DNA of 64,000 nucleotides from Hormiphora californensis (GCA_020137815.1 CM035351.1:1860001-1924000), one strand, 5' to 3'. Shown: positions 50,601 through 63,374, counted from the stretch's first letter. The notes: generated from the sequence alone by a model not told the origin. Made by a program: numbers and translations.

Positions 50601-53600
50601 GCCATCAAGTATTAAAGTGAGAGTGGACAGAATCAGAATTGGACAAGTTTGTTCGAGGTTGTAGAGATTAGTTGTATGAGCATTTTGCCTTTTTGCCGCT
50701 CAAAATCGACCCATCCATCACTGAGATATTTTTGTTACTCTCGGGGAATTTCTGCTTGATCAATATTTATCAAACAGTATAGAAACAATCCTTGTGTTTT
50801 ACTAACACATTCTCTAAATTGTTAATATGCTGACTTGCATTGTTCTGCTTCTGTGCATGGACATGTCAACCTCACTGCTTATATTCATAATGTGTTAGTA
50901 AAACACTACGACTGTTTTTATCCTGTTTGTTACATCGTGATTAAACAGGAATTGCCCGAGAGTAACAAAAATATGTCAGTGATGGATGAGTCGATTTTGA
51001 GCGGCAAAAAGGCAAAATTCTCATAGAACTAATCTTTACAACCTCCAACAAACTTGTCCAATTATGATTCTGTCCACTCTCACTTTAACTGATTGGTGGG
51101 TGGCCTTGCTACGGCGGAGTGGAGGCCGTGCTGGGGCGCTTGCCCCCTAATAAGCGTGTTCGGTGCGGCCTCTACTACTTTCGGACAGGTCATCCTCCAG
51201 ACGCAGCAATCACAAACAAAACAAACAAACAAACTACAAATTCCTACAACTCTTATGAGGGGTGTGATGTACGTTCAGTTTTGGGTTCTAATGTTTAACG
51301 GACAAACTATTTCCGAAAAGTAACACCAGTTTTAATCAATTTCCTGAGACAACACGATAATTTTTTGGATAATGTTACGATCTACCAAATTACAGTTAAC
51401 ACGAAAAATCACTCTGATTCTAAAGTTTCTAAACCAGCGTTCCTCACTCGGCGAACACCGGTAGCAATGTCTCTGGAACCTCTTGTTCCCATGGTAACGT
51501 GTGGCACTGTTCTCATGACAACGTGTTGATCGATAGTCACATTGTTCACTCTATTCTGCATCTCCAGGTCCGCAGCTATGGTATTAGTAAGGACAGTGGG
51601 TGATCCACAGTTGGAGAGCCTCCTCCTCGCATCATCTCGAAACCTGCTCAACCGCCGGAAAATGATCCCCTCCGCGAACTGTCGGACATCTTCCAGTCTG
51701 ACAAAGTAGACGGCGGTGTTACATGCCGCATTGAAGGGAAGTGCAAAGATTAGGACCACTTCCAAGGGGACATTATCAGCAGGAATTAGGAGCGTTGTCT
51801 CAAGTATTTGTAGGACGCTGTAGGGCACCGTGAACGCCATATAAATGCCCATAAGGATCAATATTGTTAGTATGGATTGCATTTTAGGGTCGTGTGACCC
51901 CCGTTGACTCATGGCAGATGCCACTGAGATTACTGATGTCCTGACGGGCCGGCCATTCTCATCAACCTGCTGCCGGCCAGGCCCTGGTACACGTTCAGCT
52001 GTCTGTTTCCATGCCTTGGCAAGGAGAGAGAAGATGAGTGCTGCAAAACAGAGAAGGACTGACAGTGTAGGTAGGAGGACAGTGACCACGTTCCCCGCTA
52101 CTATATCCAGTAGTATATACGAGTTATTCCATTCCTTTACCTGGTGCTGCCCTGCGAAACACATTCTATCGCTCTCCAGATCATGGTACTGCCAGAAGGG
52201 TCGAGTTGAGAGAACCAGCCCGGTGACCAGGTAGGTGCATGCCACCGATAGAAAGGGCCATGTTGGGAGGGGCTGGAGAGGCCATAGGATGGACAGGACC
52301 CTAGAGGTACTAAGAAGTGCTACCATGGCCAGGGAGAGTCGTGTAACCAGGTTCCACATGGCACACCACACGTTACATACCGATGTGGGCATGCCCGCAA
52401 AGATGGAACCTCCCAGGAGTCCCAGGACCATGAAGAGGAGGAGGTCGGTCGAGTTGACGAGGACCAGCAGAGTATTGTTGGTTGATTTCCGGGTCCTAGA
52501 GTGGAAGAACAGGAGGCAGAAGAGGGAGGATGGGGTAGCAAATACTGTGAAGATTATTGAGACTCCGCCAATCATGAGAGTAGTCGGTGATTCTGTTATG
52601 TTCATTCTGGGGATCAGTTAAGTGTAAAATAAAATATGACAGATTAGAATGTTAGACAGTTAAAGCTAATGCAAGTTTCAAATTATATGCTATAACTATA
52701 AAATATTTATTGTACCTGACATTACTTCAAATATTCTAAAACAATATGAGATACGATAAGTTTGATATGGCATAACTATAATAATCAAGGGAGACGTCTA
52801 GTCGCGTCGGTAGTTCTAATACGTCAAGGGTAATAAATATGGGTGATATATGGCTGATGAAGGGAGGGGTTTTGGAAGCGTTATCGCAAAAGACATTCAA
52901 CAAGAATCAAGTTTCATACAGAAACAAGCTTATACAGGGTGGGTACAGGGTGCATTGAAGTGCATCCCTTGGCTACAGTGCAATTGCTGTGTGGGATCCC
53001 TGTACTGGGTGCGTGTGTGTATTTTTGTTTGAAACTTGATTTTTATGTGTTTCCCACCCAAAAATAGTTCAACCCAATGAAAAATATTTGAATTCGTGCG
53101 ATACGCCTCTGACTGAAAGTCGGGAAGGAGTCCCAGGGAATTGAGCCAGATAATTCCATCTGAGCTGTGCATAACGAATATAATTGTGTTTTTCAGAGAA
53201 TAGGCGGTATTTTCTACTGCTCACGTCGCGTACGCGATGTCTCATGTGCGATAAAAGCACACAATCTGTCAATGCAAGATAGAATCATCTGGCTCTACTC
53301 CTCCCAGGCAGTTATGTCAGGGATCTACCCCTACCCCATATGCCTAAAAATATGCCCATGGAACAAGCCTCAAGCACGCTGCATGCAGACTGACTAAGTA
53401 ACAGCTCTAGAACGAGAGAGAGAGAGAGATCTATTTTCATCAGATGATGTCAAATGATATCGTGATATAAGTAGCGACAAACGAAGTTACTGCACTGTGC
53501 CCAACCACTGAGTAATGAACAGCACACTAATGAGAACAATAATGAGAACACCTAGTGAACTACTGCACGGGGGGGGGGGGGGGGTAATGGCCAGTCATCA

Positions 53601-53787
53601 CCCTACTGAGGGAAAGCGCAAGACGTTGGTTGTAAACTGTAAAGGAAACATATATTTTGACACAGTCTTGACAAGTGAGCTGTTTTGTTGGGGAAACGCA
53701 TAACCGAGACAAAAAAGGCGAGTTTATTTGAAATAAGCAAATGAAGGTGCCGAGATAGTAAGATAAAGAGAGTAGAAGTGAGCAAGC

Positions 53788-53875
<88 letters not shown>

Positions 53876-56800
53876 GGAGAGAGAGAGAGAAATGAAGAGA
53901 GAAATGAAGAGATATAGAGAGAGGGAAGGGGAGACTGGAGAGAGGGAAGCACAGAATAGTCAAAGAGATCACGCTGCATAACCACAACGCGTACCATAAC
54001 GCAAACCCGCGAAGTCCGAAGACGGAGGGAAAGATGGGAGGGTTCTTTATGCACTGCAATGAACTGCAGCTAGTCAAGTCACTTCAATTAAAGTCACTTC
54101 AAACAGTTCAGAATAATTGAGGTTAATTGAAGTGGTATCAATTGAGTGACACTGTATTCAAGCTAAAAAGCATGAAAAATTCAAGTGGTATCGGAATGCC
54201 AAGTTGACTAAATTTAAAATTTAAACGCATCGATAAAGACTTTGCAATGCCTCATGGGGAAGAATGTGACAAATGAGAACAAATTGGGCCACGTGCAGTA
54301 GTATTACAGTGCTGCTTGTAGTCGTATTACCGTAATGGAAATACAGTAATGAGACGCGCACGTTGCATTTTTCAGAATGGGTAGAGGTTAGGAGTGGAGT
54401 TCCACAAGGATCAATACTAGGCCCTTTCTTGTTTGTGTTATTCATAAATGATATTGTTAATGTTTTAAGAGAAGATGATCTAACTAAAATTAGGCTATAT
54501 GCAGATGATCTGAAAATTTGGCGGATTATAAATAGTGAAGAAGATAGTTTGCAGCCCGACATCGATAGTTTAGTGGAATGGGCAAAGGATAATAAAATGA
54601 TATTCCATCCTAAAAAGTGTAAGCTGCTTAGGTGTACTAAAATTATTAAACAACGTCAATTAAATTATCACCTAGGCAGAGATGAAATCAAATTATGTGA
54701 AAATGAAGTTGATCTAGGAGTCTCAACTAATCACAAGTTGTCGCCAATCGAACACCAGAAAAATGTTGTTTCCAAAGCTTCTCAAAGATTAGGACTGGTG
54801 AAGCGTGTAGGCGTATTAGTTAAATGTCCCCTTAAAAAGAAGAACCTCTACATTAGTCTAGTTAGATCTTTGTTCGAACACTGTAGCCAAATATGGCGTC
54901 CACAAAGTGAGTCAAGTCTGCTTAAGTTTGAACGACTCCAGAAACGTGCCACAAAATGGATATTCGGTGAAACAGATACCAGTTATAGTTTAGATACGTA
55001 TATAAAGAAACTCAGGGAGATTGACGTACTCCCAATGACTCAAAAATTTCAATATAATGATCTTAAATTGTTCCATAAAATATTCTATGAGACGTCTCCT
55101 ATAAAACTCCCATCTTTCCTACAAAAATACAATCCGGAATTACATGACAGACGTGCCACCAGACAACAAACAAAACGAGACAGTACGGACATTATATGTA
55201 CCGAACAACCCAGAGTAGACCTGTTCAAAAACTGTTACTTTTATCGCTGCCACCTTGAGTGGAACTTACTTCCTAAAGAACTGAGAAATACAGCTGAACA
55301 CCATTTATTTTCCTCTAGACTGAAAGACCATCTCTGGAAAGCCTTACACGACATAACTTAATTCGCTGCTGTGGTGTGGGCCCCTTTCTCTTCTTTTATC
55401 TTTACAGTAACTGTCCTTCTTCCGCACATAGCTTACATTGTACTCAAATTGAAGGTTTGGAGTGGTGTTGAACAGTTTGAAACAAGATGGTGGACCCGCA
55501 CCACAGATGTGAATTATAACTGATCTTAACATCTACCCAACAGTCGACATGACGTTAAATTCAGGGTATGGTTCATGGGGGAGGGAGGTAGGGGATTGGG
55601 AATCAAGGGTAAGTATTAAGTATAATTGTTATTATTAATGAGTGAAATAAATTTAGCTTACAACTAGTATAAGAGTGTGTTTTAGCCTTATAGCTACTTT
55701 TTTTAAATATTTTTAAATGAGGTTTTTAAGACGTAAGCACTCGCGCCTTAGGCTGCTAAACTATTAGTAAGAGTCAGTCGGGTATTTATTTAATGTGCAA
55801 TTTGTACGTTTATATAATATCTTTTCAAATCAAATCAAATCATAACGCGCGGCAAAAAGTGCATGTGTTCAGCACGTACTAGCGCCCTGATTGGCCACGG
55901 TTGCGCATCGTCTTACTGTATCTCCGTTTTCTATTACCGTTTTCCCACTACAAGCGACCGTGATAGGCCTATTTTGGTTGCTCGACCCTCTCTCTTTTGC
56001 AGCAACCTTGCTCGACCCTGTCTCACCGGGCCCTCTTTTACAAATGTAAAGGAGGATTAAAACAAGTTACTATTATCTAAATTACCGAGTAAACCAAACC
56101 AAACCAAACCAAACCAAACCAAACCAAACCAAACCAAACCAAACCAAACCAAACCAAACCAAACCAAACCAAACCAAACCAAACCAAACCAAACCAAACC
56201 AAACCAAACACATAAGTAGTGGACTATAGTTCCTAAGATAATTATACCTCTTCTGATGTGCTGTTAGTAGTAGAAGCATTAAGTCGGGTGTCATTGGGTA
56301 TAAACTGTCCAGAGGGGAGAGACGGTAAAAGGGTGGGATGACTCCCCTCCTCTATGAGCAAGAATGGCTCCTTGTCACTGGGAGGAAGAAAGACAGGTCG
56401 ACATGAGAGTCCCACGCTTGAGCTGTAGAGCGCCATCGATAGTAGAACATCTGTAGGGTTGAAAGATGTCAGAAGTGCGTTTGAAGTGGTTAAATTTCTA
56501 AATATAAATATTCAAATTGTCGGGAGGGGCTTGACATGTCTTGTAAAGGGCACTACAGTGACGCTTTATAACCATATAGAAATAGCATTTTTAGCAATTA
56601 AATTTGATAGGCAAGCAGTTTAAATAAATTTTTTAGATTTTAGTGGTTTAAATATAAACATTATATACCCAATGTAGCAGCACACACGACAGCTTTCTTC
56701 CAAGAGGAGTAGTGAGAGGAAAAACCACGGAACAACTGTCTAACAGTATCCTTCAATGCCTCCCCCTTCCTAATCTCAGCTTGGTCGTACTCCTGTTGTG

Positions 56801-59007
56801 GAAATGTATGATACAACTTGTTAATGATGTGAAGTACTATGATGGAATATGTTCTAACCCTCCTTTACAGGTGAAACAGGGTCGAACAAGGCAAGGAATA
56901 TGCCCCGAAATATGCCTACTGCAATGCAGAGGGTGGTGACTATATTATGACACTGTTTCGTAGTGCTGGTATTGTTTGACACTAGTTATCATGTCTCATG
57001 ACAAGCCTTACTCAACAAAACAAGCCCCCAAATAATTCATCTAGTACGCTAGTACGTGAAAAATATTGTCACGCCCTCCAGCCTCCTATTATACAGTTAA
57101 AATAAGGACGCCTGCTAATATTAAAATATAATAATATATCCTGCATATAATATCCTTGAGCAAAGAATTGTGAGAAAATTTCTGTTTTTGGACAGGCGTG
57201 ACTGTTCGGCTTGATCTTATAACCCTGCTCCTGCAGTGCCTGAGAGGGATATACAGTTAAGAATGGTTATGTACCTGTTTTAAAGGTTGAGACTCCGGGA
57301 AATAATACCGTACATAACCTTTTCTCTGTGACTGAACCTCCCATGAACCAGGGACCCTCTTCGTTACCCCATCAGCCACCTCCACTTGAAACCTAAAGCC
57401 ATTAATTAATTAATTATCAAATTAAACGAAACTTCTTTATGTACATGTACAGAGGATGCTGGAGAAAGTGCTCGACAGTGTTAGCTGGATCTTGAAACAA
57501 GATGTTTTTCACTAATCGCAGTTTCACTTCAAATCAACTCACCTGTTTTTCCCCGTCCCATGGAAGGTCAGGGAGCACTGTAACTCCTTCTTATATTTTC
57601 TCAAATGTCCCTCGAGTTCCTCCTGGATTCTCTGCAGCTCCTCCTCAGCCTCATCATATGCCGGATTTACCCCCAGTTTGGGTTGGACAACACCGCTTTT
57701 CAATGCTTCCTCTCGGTCAAAGGATGCCTGCAATGGTGTCAGTTTGAGTAAAAGGCTGTCAGGCCAATGCTCTGATCACAGTTCTCGCACGCTCTTATTT
57801 GAGAGAAATGAGAATTATAGGGTCAGGCCAATGCTCTGACAGGTAAAAGGGGTGACCACTTGTCACCCTCAACAAGTAAAGGTCACATTGTGGCGCAACA
57901 TCTGACAGTTTTTGTTGATTGGTTAGCGTGGTTATTATTATTATTAATATTAGATTTATCAGATATATATCAGGTTGACAAGATACCTAAAACATATATC
58001 GTATTTTTTCGATTCATCATAGATTTTAACAATTGTATCAGAGTTCCGGCTCCTGGTAAGATACAGAAATTATTTTGGTAACGTTGGAAAGGTCTTGTTA
58101 AGACCTGTAAAACGCAACCAAGATCAAGTCTCTCATGAAGAACTGAAAAAATAAAATTGCGAGACGGAAAGTGTTGGGTTTCTTGTCAACCTTATATATC
58201 TGTTGCAATGGGAGGTACGTGTTTATTACAACAAGCCCTACTAAAATATAGTTCGACGCGACGCGACGCGCGATCGATGAACGATCGATAAACGATCGAT
58301 ATCGATCGTTTATCGATCGTTCATCGATCGCGCGTCGCGTCGAACTATATTTTAGTAGGGAGGGGAGAACTCCTTCCTAACTTTAGGAAGCAATATAATG
58401 GTGATTGCTGAAGCAGGTACTGTCTGAAGATTGAGAAGATAATGGGACATGGAAAGAGAGGGAGGAAGTAGACAGGGTGGTTAAGTTTTTAAGATTTTTT
58501 TAATAACATTCAGGGAGAGAGAGAGCGGGAGAATGAAGAAATCTTTTCAACGTCTGCATGATAACATCATACGCATCTGGTTACCCTGTACTGTTGCAGA
58601 AGGCCAGACAACTCGGGGAAACCGCCACCTTCGATTAGAACGCAATCCTGAAGTAACGTGCTCGATGGTTTGTCGTCAGAAAATATTTTTATCAACTCTA
58701 GCAGCTTTTCAAAACCTGTTAGATAGTTGGGTGATAGTTAACTGTCTGCACTCTGAAAGATGATCTTCGATCATTTCATCAATGCGTTAAGAAATCATAT
58801 GGAATCATATGGTAGTATGAAGCATGATGATAAAGGCGGTTATAATGTGAGTGCGTGAAGTCGAAGATTTATTTCTTACTAAGTACCATGCAATGTCAGC
58901 AATTTGTTATCTACCTTTTTACTGTTAACGGTATTTAACAACACTTCGCTCATCAATTTAGTAAGGTTGTCTGTTTTTCTGTCTGTCTGTCTGTCTGTCT
59001 GTCTGTA

Positions 59008-59080
<73 letters not shown>

Positions 59081-61349
59081 GACTGTCTGTCTGTCTGTTT
59101 GTTTATCTGTTTGTTTATCTGTTGGTTCAAGTTGCGATTGGAGTTAAATCCCAAACTCAAAACGCTCGAATAAGTCGGATTCCAGTTCAACCGAGTTCCC
59201 CGATATATAATAAGGAATCAATAGGATGTCTGGGATTTAACGATTCCCAATGCTCTCAGCTGCTGGACAGGTGATGATTGATGTCTGATCATCGTGGGAC
59301 ATCATGAAACATATATTTAATATTTGACTATTACCTTCAATTCTTTCGATTTGGTTGGATTATTTGGAATAAAGTTATGAATGAAGTCTCCCCGATTATT
59401 GCTCAATAACTACATAGTTTTGAATTTTGAATATATGGTTGACAATAAATTCCTGCAAGATCTTGTCAAACATATTTTAGAGTCCGTAACTAGCGTGTGG
59501 TTATCAAATCACCTTGGAATTTTCAATAGCAGGATGAATTTTCAAATTCCCTGCAGGTTCCTGCAGGTTCCTAGAACATTCTGCAAAATGATCATGCTAT
59601 GTGCCGCAATCTTTCAAATGACGTCTGACCAGATGCGTAATGCTACAGCTTGCCTTGTTCGACCCTCCTTTATAAAATAAATTATAAAATAAAAAGAGTT
59701 TGAACAAAACAACATACAGCATACTTTATAGTGGTAAAAAAGAGCCTACTCCGGGTAAACAATTTTAGTGAATGAATGAATGGATAGTAACACGAATAAA
59801 GCAACTATAATTCCTACCATCTAGTGTGTTGACAAAATCCTGGATCTTCTTTTTAGAGTAGTGCTCCACTTCGAACATGACAGCTCTTGTTTCCGGATGG
59901 TCCGGGGGCAGTTTCACTCCCTGACTATGGATCTTACTCAGCAGTCTCTCCAGATCTGGTACCTTGCCCAACAGAGCCCGGACTTGTTTTACTCGACCTG
60001 GTTCTTCGGATAACTCCTTCACTGCATCCAGTCTACAAACACAAATACGTTAGATGTTGTTTAGTTAGTCCACTAGTGGAGAACAATATGTCCTCAATGT
60101 ATCCAAAATATGTCCTCAAACGTTCCGTTGGCAGTAAGTCATTCTACCGAAATGTGGGCTCTACAATAACAGGTCTTTGTACAACAGAGCATTGTGAAAC
60201 AATGACTTTGCAGATGGTTAAGTTTCACTACAATTTCATACCGTTTATTGATTGCCTCGGGATCGCACAAAGGTGAACAGAGCCAAGTTCGGAGGAGGCG
60301 TTTACCGGGTCCCGTTGTGCACTTATCAAGGAGCGAATATAGGGTCCCCTCCCCTCCGCCGGCACCCCCGGTTGCATCAAATATCTGATTTGGGAGGAGA
60401 GTTGTTAGACTCGGAATTAACAGTTTCTCGGAATGAAGTTCAGTCAGTGACTGACAGTCCACTTCTTGGAACGAACAGAATTTTACAATAATTCGTCCCA
60501 ATATTTGTGCAGAGATTTCTTTATAAACTGGATAGCTAGGACCAGCGGCTATATTTTTTTGCTAGATAACTACTATAAACTAACGGTTATGGGAATTTAT
60601 CCAGAGTCTCAAATAAATGCATTAAGAGGTCACGGTACTTCATTTCTCAACGGTTTTCCCTATCCATATCGCTCCATATTTTGACCTAATTCCGAAAAAT
60701 TCAGAAAGAACAAGAAATGAATCCTTTCAGATTTAAAGTTCTCAAATTAAACATTCATTGTGCTATTTTAGAGTAGATTTGACATTTGACAATCAAATTT
60801 AATACCCATTTAATTATGTATACTACATACTTTTGATACGATTCAAATTTAAAAAATTGTTTCAGAGCCATTTTATAGAAAGAAAATCTTTCGCTTTTTG
60901 CAATACCATACAGATTAACTTAGAGCAGACGAATCCCGATTTACCAGAACCCCAAGCATCCCGGTAGATCAGGGGTCCGATTATAAACTTCATATATTGC
61001 AGCAATCGATGATAAACCAGATAGAAAAAGAGGGGAAATGAATAAAAAGTATAAATTATAACATAAATAGTATCCCCTATTGCCTAGTAGATTGTCACAT
61101 CTAATCTCAACCGGAATATAAATACCTCAAGGTTCCTGTACGCGGTATCATCTAGCACCATCTTCTGATCAGAATGAGGGAACTTCTGATCTCCTGCTGA
61201 TCCCCTGGTATTATTCATATCCGCTGGTGCAAAGTAGGTAAACCTTCTCAGGGCAATGATGGGTCTCTCAATCAGGCAGGATCGGAGATACCACACAACT
61301 CCACCCAGTGCAGAGACACACAGTTGGTAGTTTTCATTAACAGCCCGCA
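36349..61349 (-). CDS. MSH6: DNA mismatch repair protein MSH6, 3' portion; 5' exons not located in the window
   Basis: Exons ~61349-61126, 60384-60242, 60032-59818, 58715-58585, 57727-57543, 57392-57275, 56792-56669, 56450-56248, 50061-49996, 48082-47965, 46687-46598, 42397-42292, 42055-41943, 36542-36349 join in frame. Motifs [74 protein letters not shown]. Confidence 0.93.
37848..39170. repeat. ~60-bp tandem minisatellite made of two ~30-bp subunits
   Basis: GAATCGTATTTTCTAAGCGAGAAATTTCCCC + GAATCGCAATTTCTTACCGAGAAAATTTTCTC repeated. Confidence 0.9.
37983..38580 (+). mobile_element. Non-autonomous Helitron, 598 bp
   Basis: A|TCATACTAC...TTCGCCC-GTA-GGGCGAA CGGGCCTACTAG|T; removal restores the satellite unit, no TSD. 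Confidence 0.88.
39317..40708. mobile_element. Non-autonomous hAT-like transposon with (TTCGG)n subterminal repeats
   Basis: 8-bp TSD CTAAAAAC; TIR CAGGAAGCGACCGAA / TTCGGTCGTTTCCTG. Confidence 0.85.
42424..44765 (+). mobile_element. Non-coding retroposon: tandem 343-bp 5' monomers, structured 3' domain, (CAAA)n tail
   Basis: 13-bp TSD ACTGTTAGCACTG (42411-42423, 44766-44778); monomer starts at 42424, 43324, 43667. Confidence 0.8.
42652..43210 (+). mobile_element. Helentron/DINE-1-like element (HINE), second copy
   Basis: 557-bp insertion in a T-run of monomer 1, absent from monomer 2; IR TTCCCTGCCC / GGGCAGGGAA; 3' hairpin GCATTATG-AATA-CATAATGC. Confidence 0.8.
45706..45877. mobile_element. 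Tc1/pogo-type MITE
   Basis: TA|CAGTCGGACCCCGATTTAG ... CTAAATCGGGGTCCGATTG|TA. Confidence 0.82.
46333..46485. repeat. 22-bp tandem repeat, about 7 copies
   Basis: ACAACACGTACCTATCTGCACA. Confidence 0.9.
49743..49882. mobile_element. Tc1/pogo-type MITE, same family as 45706
   Basis: TA|CAGTCGGACCCC ... GGGGTCCGACTG|TA. Confidence 0.82.
50263..50354. repeat. 92-bp perfect spacerless palindrome
   Basis: CCCCCTTCTCCCTTCGCATACTACCC...TTA|TAA...GGGTAGTATGCGAAGGGAGAAGGGGG. Confidence 0.9.
50391..51233 (+). mobile_element. Second, diverged copy of the (CAAA)n-tailed retroposon body
   Basis: Shares GTCGCTTATCGCGTGTAAC, TAGGCCA.GAGTAGTGTGATACCCCTGTCG and the 3' hairpin domain with 43970-44765. Confidence 0.75.
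50616..51084. mobile_element. Kolobok-like MITE with TTAA TSD
   Basis: TTAA|AGTGAGAGTGGACAGAATC ... GATTCTGTCCACTCTCACT|TTAA, long diverged TIRs. Confidence 0.8.
51409..52605 (-). CDS. Intronless rhodopsin-like (class A) 7TM GPCR, 398 aa, nested in an MSH6 intron
   Basis: Seven hydrophobic segments; N-glycosylation sequon NIT; TM2 LVNSTDLL; Cys at the top of TM3; SRV at the DRY position; TM6 FTVPY; TM7 NAACNTAVY. Confidence 0.85.
   Translation of the reverse strand: MNITESPTTLMIGGVSIIFTVFATPSSLFCLLFFHSRTRKSTNNTLLVLVNSTDLLLFMVLGLLGGSIFAGMPTSVCNVWCAMWNLVTRLSLAMVALLSTSRVLSILWPLQPLPTWPFLSVACTYLVTGLVLSTRPFWQYHDLESDRMCFAGQHQVKEWNNSYILLDIVAGNVVTVLLPTLSVLLCFAALIFSLLAKAWKQTAERVPGPGRQQVDENGRPVRTSVISVASAMSQRGSHDPKMQSILTILILMGIYMAFTVPYSVLQILETTLLIPADNVPLEVVLIFALPFNAACNTAVYFVRLEDVRQFAEGIIFRRLSRFRDDARRRLSNCGSPTVLTNTIAADLEMQNRVNNVTIDQHVVMRTVPHVTMGTRGSRDIATGVRRVRNAGLETLESE
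53789..53890. repeat. (GA)n microsatellite
   Basis: Direct read. Confidence 0.95.
54366..55841 (+). mobile_element. 5'-truncated CR1/L2-group LINE (RT C-terminal half, ORF ends at 55361) with (CAAAT)n tail
   Basis: [28 protein letters not shown], similar to ORF2 at 14725; tail TCAAATCAAATCAAATC near 55825. Confidence 0.85.
56091..56208. repeat. (CCAAA)n microsatellite
   Basis: Direct read. Confidence 0.95.
57972..58192. mobile_element. Small MITE; related left end at ~3566
   Basis: AGGTTGACAAGA ... TCTTGTCAACCT flanked by (TA)n. Confidence 0.6.
58236..58360. repeat. 125-bp spacerless CpG-rich palindrome
   Basis: CCCTACTAAAATATAGTTCGACGCG...CGAT|ATCG...CGCGTCGAACTATATTTTAGTAGGG. Confidence 0.9.
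58968..59122. repeat. (TGTC)n microsatellite
   Basis: Direct read. Confidence 0.95.
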
Positions 61350-61449
61350 CTAAAACTACCACTTCTCCGTCTGAGGGAAGGATTTGTTTTTCTTGAAAAC
61401 TTTTTCATAGCACGAGAATAGTTTCCATTATTTAGTTTTTCAATACTAG

Positions 61450-61495
<46 letters not shown>

Positions 61496-62294
61496 CGAGA
61501 GATGAGAGACGAGATGAAGACGAGAGAGAGAGAAGAGCAGAGAGAGAACACAGTTCCGAGAGATGCCTCGAAGACAAGAGAACGCTATATCAGAGAGGTC
61601 GAGTAGCAGAAGACGAGAGATATCGACTCTCATACACTACTCTGAACTCTGCGTTTCTGCCTGCTTCGAGTAATCTCTCTGCTAACTCCTCCTCTCTATC
61701 TCCTTCTCTCTCTCTTCTCTAGCTGCTCTCTCATCTCTCTCTGATCTCTTCTTCTCTGACTCATCGGTTCGCATTCGTCTCTCTATCGATCTGATATAGG
61801 AGCAATTAGTGAGCAGTCGACTGCAAGCATTCAGGATCATTACTTATCTAGATCTCAGATATCCTATAGGAAGCGTGACATAAGGCTGTGTTGATTTGAC
61901 ATCTCGAGAATATGGGAAAAATAATTAGATGGTGGGGGTGGGTTGATAGGAAGCAATTATAATACTTTGTGATTTTAAATGACTGGGACTGGTATATCGC
62001 AAATTGCGTGAAAACTATAGTTTGAAGTTGAAAGATGCCATATATGGCATCTTTCAACTTCAAATTTTGGGACATGATAAAACTAAGTTGTAGCAATTTT
62101 CTCCTAGTTTTACAGGCAAATTTCAATGTTCCTGAATGAATCTATTGCCAAAAAAACCTCCTCCCACTTTACACGGTCATATCTCTGGAGTCTAATGAGA
62201 TAGGGAGTTCAAATTTTTAGAAGAGACAGATAAGACGATTTTGAATGGTTTGTCTGCTTTACGATTTGCTAACTTTTACCCCTGCAAGCCATCA

Positions 62295-63320
62295 GAAAAA
62301 CAAAAAAAAGGGGGAAAAAGGGAAAGGGGAAAAAAACCCCCCCCGGGGGGGAAATGGAAAAAAAAAAAAACCCAAAAATACAGGGAAGAGGGGGGAAAAG
62401 GGGGGGGGGAAAAGGGAAAAAAAAGGGAAAAAAAAGGGGAGAGAAGAAAAAAAAAGGGGGGGGGGGGGGAAAGGGGGGGAGAAAAAAAGGGGGAAAACCC
62501 GGGGAAGAAGAAAAGAGAAGGCCCAAGGGAGGGAAAGGGGGGGGGGGTTTTTTTTTTTTTTTTTCCCCCCCCCCCCCCTTTTTTTTCCCCCCCCCTTTTT
62601 TTTTTTTAAAAATTTTCGGGAAAATTGGGGAAAAACATAAATAAAAACCCTTTTCTGGCGGGGGTTATTTGTCCGGAAAATTTTAAAAATAATTAATGGG
62701 GGGGGTTTTTTTCCCAAAAAAACTTTTTTTTTTGAGGGAATGGTTATCCTTTGGGAAAAAAATTTGGGTTAAATCCATATTCCCTTTCCCTTTAATTTTT
62801 AAATAAAACAAGGACAATTTTCCCCCTTTTTTTTTCCAAAATTTAAATTTTTGAAATTTTGCCAAAAAATCCCCCATTTAAAACGTTCAATTTTGGTATG
62901 AGAAGGGGGTTCAAAATTTTGAAGGTCGTGAGTTTTTTGGGTTTTTTGCTTTTAAAAAGCAATTTTCCCCCCAAAACACATGTCCCTTCTATGGGCAAGA
63001 AAAAAGGGAAAAAACCCTGTTTTAAAAATCCAAAGTCCCTTTTTCCATCCTGACCCCGGGACATGACATGGGGTCTTGGGGGTCAAAACGCTTGTCCCTT
63101 CCCCTTTTAAAAATAAAAAATTTTCCAAATTTTTTTTTAAAATTTAAGTTAAAGCCCAATTTTTTCCAATTGGATTCCGTCCCTTTTAAAAACCAAAGGG
63201 ACAAAAATTTTCCCCCTAAAATGGTATGTATTTTTTGGTTTTGGATTTTTGGGGGCAATAAAAAACCCCCCCCCCCAAGTTAAAAAATCCCAATACTACC
63301 CAAAAATTGGTTTTTGCAAT
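62295..63320. other. Homopolymer-inflated, probably low-quality sequence
   Basis: Most bases occur in runs of 4-14; the ORFs are K/G/F/P low-complexity strings. Confidence 0.7.
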
Positions 63321-63374
63321 CGATGATAATCCAGATAGAAAAAAGAGGGGAAATGAATAAAAAGTACAAACTAG

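Noticed and set aside
51409-52605. Opsin
   Set aside because: No retinal-binding lysine in TM7.
58660-58700. Suspected frameshift in an MSH6 exon
   Set aside because: Recounting the homopolymers gives an open frame (LIKIFSDD).
61450-63365. K/G-rich ORFs, GA/CT mirror tract, and a ~50-bp repeat of 61002-61050 at ~63316
   Set aside because: Looks like low-quality or misassembled consensus; cannot be interpreted without reads.
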